64,000 bases of DNA from an uncultured delta proteobacterium (GTDB lineage: Bacteria; Myxococcota_A; UBA9160; SZUA-336): the NCBI GenBank assembly GCA_963704165.1, contig CAVPHD010000003.1:96001-160000 (forward strand), written 5' to 3'. How positions within the stretch are numbered: the first letter of the stretch is position 1; each line of letters begins with the position of its first letter. Of this stretch, positions 55,692 through 64,000 are shown in pieces. Under the pieces are notes generated by a model. The model was not told the origin of the DNA. It saw only the letters and a list, made by a program, of their open reading frames with translations, and searched no databases. A program made the translations under genes and the position numbers.

Positions 55692-56432
55692 TCACTTCCA
55701 GCCGCTCGTCGCGCCCTTCACCATCGCGAACGGACCGACCGGCCAGCGGAAGCAGTCGACCATCAACTGGTTCACCTGCTCGCGCGTGGCCACGCCGTCG
55801 CCCACCACGCGCTCCGCCTCGCGGATCATCGCGAAGTAGACGCGGTTGGCGACGAACCCCCACGCCATGGCGTCGTCCTTCACGACGACCGGGTTCTTGC
55901 CGCAGGCCCGAGCGACCTCGACGACGGTCTCGATCGTGGTTTCGCTCGTGTGCTCGGCCGCCACGATCTCCGCGAACTTCATCACCGGCGGCGGCGACGC
56001 CCAGTGCCAGCCGACGACGCGCTCGGGCCGATCGGTGGCCGCTGCGAGCGCTGCGATCGAGAAGCCCGACGTGTTCGAAGCCAGGATCGCCGTCGGCTTG
56101 GCGAGCCGATCGAGCTCGCGGAAGACCCGGATCTTCAGCTCGAGGCGCTCCGGAACGCACTCGATGATCAGGTCCGCGACCGCCGCCATCGCGAGCGAGT
56201 CACTCCAGGAGAGACGCGCGAGCGCCTCGCCCATCGCGTCGCGCGTCAGCTTGCCGCGCTCGATCGCGGTTTCCATTCCGAATCGGCCCGACACGACGTC
56301 GCGCTTCGCTCGCTCGAGCGCGCTCGGCGCCAGGTCGCAGCAGACCGTCTCGTAGCCCGCGATCGCGAGGGTCTGCGCGATGCCGCTCCCCATCACGCCC
56401 GCTCCGATCACGCCGACGCGCAGCTCCGTCAT
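55692..56432 (-). CDS. 3-hydroxyacyl-CoA dehydrogenase family protein
   Basis: VIGAGVMGSGIA, IECVPE, ASNTS and GFVANR. Confidence 0.9.
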   Translation of the reverse strand: MTELRVGVIGAGVMGSGIAQTLAIAGYETVCCDLAPSALERAKRDVVSGRFGMETAIERGKLTRDAMGEALARLSWSDSLAMAAVADLIIECVPERLELKIRVFRELDRLAKPTAILASNTSGFSIAALAAATDRPERVVGWHWASPPPVMKFAEIVAAEHTSETTIETVVEVARACGKNPVVVKDDAMAWGFVANRVYFAMIREAERVVGDGVATREQVNQLMVDCFRWPVGPFAMVKGATSGWK

Positions 56433-56482
56433 GTTTCGTCCTCCGCTCCCGCCGGTTCGGATGGAGCATACCGGAGCGGGCC

Positions 56483-57703
56483 ATGTACCGCGCTAAGCTG
56501 CGTCTCGTGAATCCACAGCTCACGTCGGCACAGGCGCGAACGCTCTTCCTCGACGCGCAGGGCCTGCTCGACGACCCCGCGCGACCCGCGACCTCTCGGG
56601 CCCTCGAGCGCCTGGTCGCAAAGCTCGGCTTCGTGCAGATCGACTCGATCTCGCGCGTCGAACGCGCACACCACCTGACTCTCGGCGCGCGACTCGACGC
56701 CTATCGCCCGGAGATGCTCGATCGCCTGACGTTCGAGAAGCGCGCGCTCTTCGAGCACTGGACGCACGATGCTTCACTGATTCCGATCGCCCTCTTCCCG
56801 CACTGGAAGCCACGCTTCACCCACTATGCGGAGCGCGCGCGCCGTTCCCGCTGGTACGTCGCGCGACTCGGCGCGGATGCCACGCGCACGATCGAGCGCG
56901 TGCACCGGCGCGTCGCGCGCGAGGGGCCCCTGCGCGCGCGCGACTTCGAACGCGGCCCGGCCCGGCCCGCGACGGGCTGGTGGGACTGGACGCCCGAGAA
57001 GACCGCCCTCGAGTTCCTCTGGTGGTGCGGCCGACTCGCGATTGCCGACCGCGAGAACTTCCACAAGGTCTACGATCTGACCGAGCGCGTACTGCCCGAG
57101 GCGCAGCGCGCGCCCGAGCCGAGCCACGCGGTGCACGTCGAGTGGGCCTGCCGCTCGGCGCTCGAGCGGCTGGGCGCCGCGACCCCTGCCGAGATCGCCG
57201 CGTTCTGGGCCGCGATCCCGATCGCGCGCGTCGCCGTCTGGTGTCGCGAATCGGCCCTGGCCGGACGCATCGTTCCCGTTTCGATCGAATCCGTCGACGG
57301 AGCGAAGCCCCGCGCCGCGTTCGCGCTGCCCGATTGGGAGCGACGCCTGCGCCGTGCACCCACCGTCCCTGAACGCATCCGGCTGCTCTCACCCTTCGAT
57401 CCCGTGCTCCGCGATCGAAAACGCGTCTCTCGTCTGTTCGGATTCGACTACCGATTCGAGGCGTTCGTGCCGGCGACGAAACGCCGCCACGGCTACTACG
57501 TGCTGCCGATTCTCGAGGGTGAGCGCCTGATCGGCCGCCTCGATCCCCGCCACGACCGCGAGCGCGGGGTGTTGGTGATCGAGAAGCTCTACTGGGAGCC
57601 CGACGTCCGCGCGACCCGCGCGCGACGCCGCGCCCTCGACGACGCGCTCGCGGAACTCGCGACGCGGATCGGCGCGCGCGACGTCGAGCTGCGCGCTCGC
57701 TAG
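56483..57703 (+). CDS. HTH_42 crosslink-repair DNA glycosylase, YcaQ-like
   Basis: VQIDSI (QxD), FEHWTHDAS, LLSPFDP and YGYYVLPIL-like HGYYVLPIL. Confidence 0.88.
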   Translation: MYRAKLRLVNPQLTSAQARTLFLDAQGLLDDPARPATSRALERLVAKLGFVQIDSISRVERAHHLTLGARLDAYRPEMLDRLTFEKRALFEHWTHDASLIPIALFPHWKPRFTHYAERARRSRWYVARLGADATRTIERVHRRVAREGPLRARDFERGPARPATGWWDWTPEKTALEFLWWCGRLAIADRENFHKVYDLTERVLPEAQRAPEPSHAVHVEWACRSALERLGAATPAEIAAFWAAIPIARVAVWCRESALAGRIVPVSIESVDGAKPRAAFALPDWERRLRRAPTVPERIRLLSPFDPVLRDRKRVSRLFGFDYRFEAFVPATKRRHGYYVLPILEGERLIGRLDPRHDRERGVLVIEKLYWEPDVRATRARRRALDDALAELATRIGARDVELRAR

Positions 57704-58155
57704 CCGGGCGGCACGCGCCGCGTCATCAGGAAGCGCTCGTGATCGATGTAGCCGGCACGCCGGTACAGGTTCCTCGCGCGTTCGTTCACGTGATCGACTT
57801 CGAGGTGAAGCGCCTGCACACCGAGCGCGGGACACGCGGCGAGAACGGTCGCGAGCAGGTGCGCACCGTGACCGTGATTGCGGTAGGCGGGATCGACGTA
57901 CAGCTCGTCGATGAATGCGTCGCGGCCGAAGTACTCGAGGCTGTAGCCGAAGCAGAGCGCGAGATAGCCGATCGCCCGGCCCGCATCCTCGGAGATCCAG
58001 ACCCGGCCGAGACTCTCGTCCCCGAGCAGCCGCGCGAGCGCGTCGGGCGTGCGCGTCTCGTGGAATTCCATCCGCTCGTGCTTCCAGAGCTCGCGCACGA
58101 GCGGAATCAGCGCGGAGAGATCCGCGCGGGCGGCGATGCGCGCGCTGAACGACAT
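57700..58155 (-). CDS. GNAT acetyltransferase
   Basis: FIDELYVDPAYRNHGHG and NERARNLYRRAG. Confidence 0.88.
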   Translation of the reverse strand: MSFSARIAARADLSALIPLVRELWKHERMEFHETRTPDALARLLGDESLGRVWISEDAGRAIGYLALCFGYSLEYFGRDAFIDELYVDPAYRNHGHGAHLLATVLAACPALGVQALHLEVDHVNERARNLYRRAGYIDHERFLMTRRVPPG

Positions 58156-58200
58156 GGCCGATCGTGGCATGATGGTGCCGCACCGACAAGGAGGGCCCCG

Positions 58201-59025
58201 ATGAATCGCTTGCAGGGAAAGGTCGCGCTGATCACCGGCGCGGCGCGCGGTATCGGACTCGCGATCGCCAAGCGCTTCGTCGAGGAGGGCGCGAGCGTCG
58301 TCATCAACGACCTCGATCCGGTCTCGGCCGAGAAGGCCGCCGCTCCGCTCGGCGGGATCGCGATCGCCACCGACGTCTCGAACTCGGCGGCGGTCGCGCG
58401 CATGTTCGAGCAAGTGGCGAAGCGCTGCGGCCGGCTCGACGTGCTCGTCAACAACGCGGGCATCAACGGCGTCGACGGCAACCCCGCGCTCGCCTCGCTC
58501 TTCCGCGATCGACAGCTCGCGCAGGCGCGCGAAATGGCGGCCGGCGGGCCGATCGTCACGCACCTCGACGCGACGGTCGGCACGTCCGACGAGGACTGGC
58601 GCCGCATGCTCGCCGTTCACCTCGACGGCACGTTCTACTGCTCGCGCGAGGCGCTTAGGATCATGAATCCCCAGCTCTCCGGCGCGATCATCAACATGGG
58701 TTCGATCATGGGCACGGCGGGGGGCGCGGGCGCCGCATCGTACTGCGCGGCGAAGGCGGGGATCTTCGGCTTCACGCGCTCGCTCGCGCGCGAGGTCGTG
58801 ACGCGGAACATCCGCGTGAACGCGATCGCGCCGGGTTGGATCGACACCGACCTGACCTCGTTCCTGGGCGACATGAAGCATCTGATCGCGATGCAGACGC
58901 CGATGCACCGGCTGGGCGAATCGGACGACATCGCCTGGGCCGCCGTCTATCTGGCGAGCGAAGAGGCCAAGTTCGTGACCGGCCAGGTGCTCTCGCCGAA
59001 CGGCGGCTGGCACATGAGCCAGTGA
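58201..59025 (+). CDS. Short-chain dehydrogenase/reductase
   Basis: SD AAGGAGG, TGAARGIG, NNAG and YCAAK. Confidence 0.92.
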   Translation: MNRLQGKVALITGAARGIGLAIAKRFVEEGASVVINDLDPVSAEKAAAPLGGIAIATDVSNSAAVARMFEQVAKRCGRLDVLVNNAGINGVDGNPALASLFRDRQLAQAREMAAGGPIVTHLDATVGTSDEDWRRMLAVHLDGTFYCSREALRIMNPQLSGAIINMGSIMGTAGGAGAASYCAAKAGIFGFTRSLAREVVTRNIRVNAIAPGWIDTDLTSFLGDMKHLIAMQTPMHRLGESDDIAWAAVYLASEEAKFVTGQVLSPNGGWHMSQ

Positions 59026-59076
59026 ATCGTTCGAGCAGCCGCGCCGATCAGCACCACGCCCGGCGAGCTCGCCCGA

Positions 59077-60942
59077 TTACTCCGGAGGGGTCTGCGCGCG
59101 GAGCTGCGCGAGCGCACCTCGCGCGGCTTCGAGCGACGGGTCGAGCACGATCGCGCGGCGCAGCTCGTGCAAGGCCTCGTCCACCCGGCCCAGCCGCGCG
59201 AGCGCGACGCCACGCCGAAACCGCGCGAGCGCGTAATCGGGGCGCGACTCGATCGCGCGGTCGAAGTACGCGAGCGCGCGAGGATCGTCGCCCGCATCGG
59301 CGAGTAGCACGCCGAGATTGAAGCACGCCCCCGCGTGCCCCGGCCGTGAAGCCAGCAGCGATTCCAGCTCCTCGATGGCCGCCTCACGGTCCCCCTGCTG
59401 CGCGTGTGCGAGCGCAAGGTTGATGCGCGCGCGGGTCGGATCCCCGCGCCTCTCGAGCGCGGCCTCGAATTCCGCTTCGGCCGCCTCGGGCTCGCCGCGC
59501 GCGAGATACAGCACGCCGAGGTTGTTGCGCGCGGCGCCGCTCGCCGGATCGAGCTCGATCGCGCGCTCGAACTCCGCCTTCGCGAGATCCGCCCGGCCGA
59601 GCGCCTCGTGCGCGAGGCCGAGCCCGTTGTGGACGTCGGCGAGCTCGGGCGCGCGGGCGTGCGCGGCCTCGAAGTGAGCGAGCGAACCCGACCAGTCCCC
59701 ATCGCGCGCGGCGAGCTTGCCGAGCGAGATGTGCGGCTGCGCGCGCTCCGGATCGCTCGCGATCCAACGCGCGAGGAAGGTCGCGTCGTCGCTGAAGAAC
59801 TGCGCTCGCCCGATGCTCGTCGCCGTCGCGATCGCGATCGACGCGACGAGCGCACAGGCAGCGAGCGCACGCGGGGTCCGTTCGCGCCAGAACGGTTCGA
59901 GCGCCGTCAGCGCGAGCGCAATCCCTCCGAGCGACGAGAAGAACACGTAGCGCTCGTCGAAGCGCGCGTCCTGGTTCAGCAGATTGGCGGTCGGAAGGAG
60001 GCCGAACGCGAACCAGGCGAGCCAGAAGAGCGCGCGCCGTCGAGCGCTCGCGTCGCACAGAGTGATTCCCCAGGCGATCGCAGCGCCCGCGGCGACGGCG
60101 AGCGCGAGGCGCACGGGCGAGAACCAGATCGAGAAGATCGGCTCGTAGACCAGGTCGCGCGTCGGTGCGAAGAGGACCTGAATCGCGTAGGCGAGCGAGA
60201 GCAGCGGTCCGGACGGCTGCCCGAGGACGGCAAGCGCCGGCGTCTCCTCGCCCGCGAAGATCATCTGGCGCACGGCGGCGTAGCCGAGCAGAACCAGCGC
60301 GAGCGGAGCGTACCGGCGCAGCTCGCTCGACACGGAGCGAGGCGGGGTGGCGGTGAGACGGAGCAGATCCGCCGTCACGAAGAGGACCGGAAGGATCACG
60401 GCGTGCTCCTTCGAGAGCAGCGCGGCCGCCGTTGCGACGACGCAGAGTCCGAGCGCGCGGCCGCCCGGATGCAGCCACGCGATCACGGCCAGGATCTCGA
60501 AGAGCGTCGGCCAGAGCGTCTCGCGGCCCGAGGCGATCGGATACACGCACGACGAAGCGAGCGGATGGAGCGCGAAGAGCGCCGCGCCCGCGAGCGCGAG
60601 CGGCCAGGGCAACGCGAGCGCGCCGGTCCGGAGCAGCGCGAAGGCCGCGAGCGCGATCGACGCGAGGAGCGCCACGTTCAGCGCGTGATACGGCGCGGGA
60701 TCGTTTCCGTGCAGCGCCTTCTGCACCCGCATGCTGGCGCGCGCGATCGGCCGGTAGTACGGGAGCGTCGGCCAGTGCCGCTCCGCGAAGACGCGCGCGA
60801 TCTCCCTGGCGTCGCTCGGAGCCTCGCGATCGACGATCAGCTCGTGATCGTCGTAGATGAAGCCGAGGCGCGACGCCGGCGCGTACGAAGCCGCCACCAG
60901 CGCAACGAGCGCCGCGACGCCGAGCACGCCCTGCCATCGCAT
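59077..60942 (-). CDS. TMTC-like GT-C membrane protein with a C-terminal TPR array
   Basis: GFIYDD, YYRP, FALHP and ERY motifs, many TM helices, then about six TPRs (HNGLG, NNLG, FNLG). Confidence 0.82.
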   Translation of the reverse strand: MRWQGVLGVAALVALVAASYAPASRLGFIYDDHELIVDREAPSDAREIARVFAERHWPTLPYYRPIARASMRVQKALHGNDPAPYHALNVALLASIALAAFALLRTGALALPWPLALAGAALFALHPLASSCVYPIASGRETLWPTLFEILAVIAWLHPGGRALGLCVVATAAALLSKEHAVILPVLFVTADLLRLTATPPRSVSSELRRYAPLALVLLGYAAVRQMIFAGEETPALAVLGQPSGPLLSLAYAIQVLFAPTRDLVYEPIFSIWFSPVRLALAVAAGAAIAWGITLCDASARRRALFWLAWFAFGLLPTANLLNQDARFDERYVFFSSLGGIALALTALEPFWRERTPRALAACALVASIAIATATSIGRAQFFSDDATFLARWIASDPERAQPHISLGKLAARDGDWSGSLAHFEAAHARAPELADVHNGLGLAHEALGRADLAKAEFERAIELDPASGAARNNLGVLYLARGEPEAAEAEFEAALERRGDPTRARINLALAHAQQGDREAAIEELESLLASRPGHAGACFNLGVLLADAGDDPRALAYFDRAIESRPDYALARFRRGVALARLGRVDEALHELRRAIVLDPSLEAARGALAQLRAQTPPE

Positions 60943-61054
60943 CGCAGGCAGGGTATCCGCGCGGGACCGCTTCGCGCTATCCTGCCGGCACCCCTGGCGA
61001 ACGGTCCCGTGAGCGGGGTGAGGTGCGCGTGGAATTCGGGACCGTTCCGCTCCA

Positions 61055-64000
<2,946 letters not shown>

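Overview
High-GC bacterial chromosome segment. Gene order and protein families suggest Myxococcota/Deltaproteobacteria; this is an inference. From 1 to 29 kb it is mostly housekeeping: an outer-membrane barrel, a GT-C glycosyltransferase, lnt-ybeY-7TM/HD-phoH, DUF4388 and TPR proteins, murJ/rpsT, holA-lptE, nusB-ribH-ribD-nrdR-glyA-fabF-acpP-fabG-fabD-rpmF-yceD, gltX, tRNA-Gln(CTG), nagA-udp and tRNA-Glu(CTC). Just after tRNA-Gln is an unannotated ~210-nt element that folds into a three-way junction with a CU-rich loop plus a long hairpin, with G.U wobbles favouring the + strand; it is a candidate small RNA. After tRNA-Glu is a decayed tyrosine integrase and an island-like block: two tandem LuxR-type paralogs, a palindrome, a divergent 2257-aa lectin/PKD surface protein, and a second ~1165-aa secreted protein. 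42-61 kb is mixed metabolic, stress and repair genes. The window ends in a topoisomerase III-RecQ helicase fusion that is in frame across its junction. Many single-base frameshifts, several in essential genes, point to uncorrected sequencing error. No CRISPR array or rRNA was seen.
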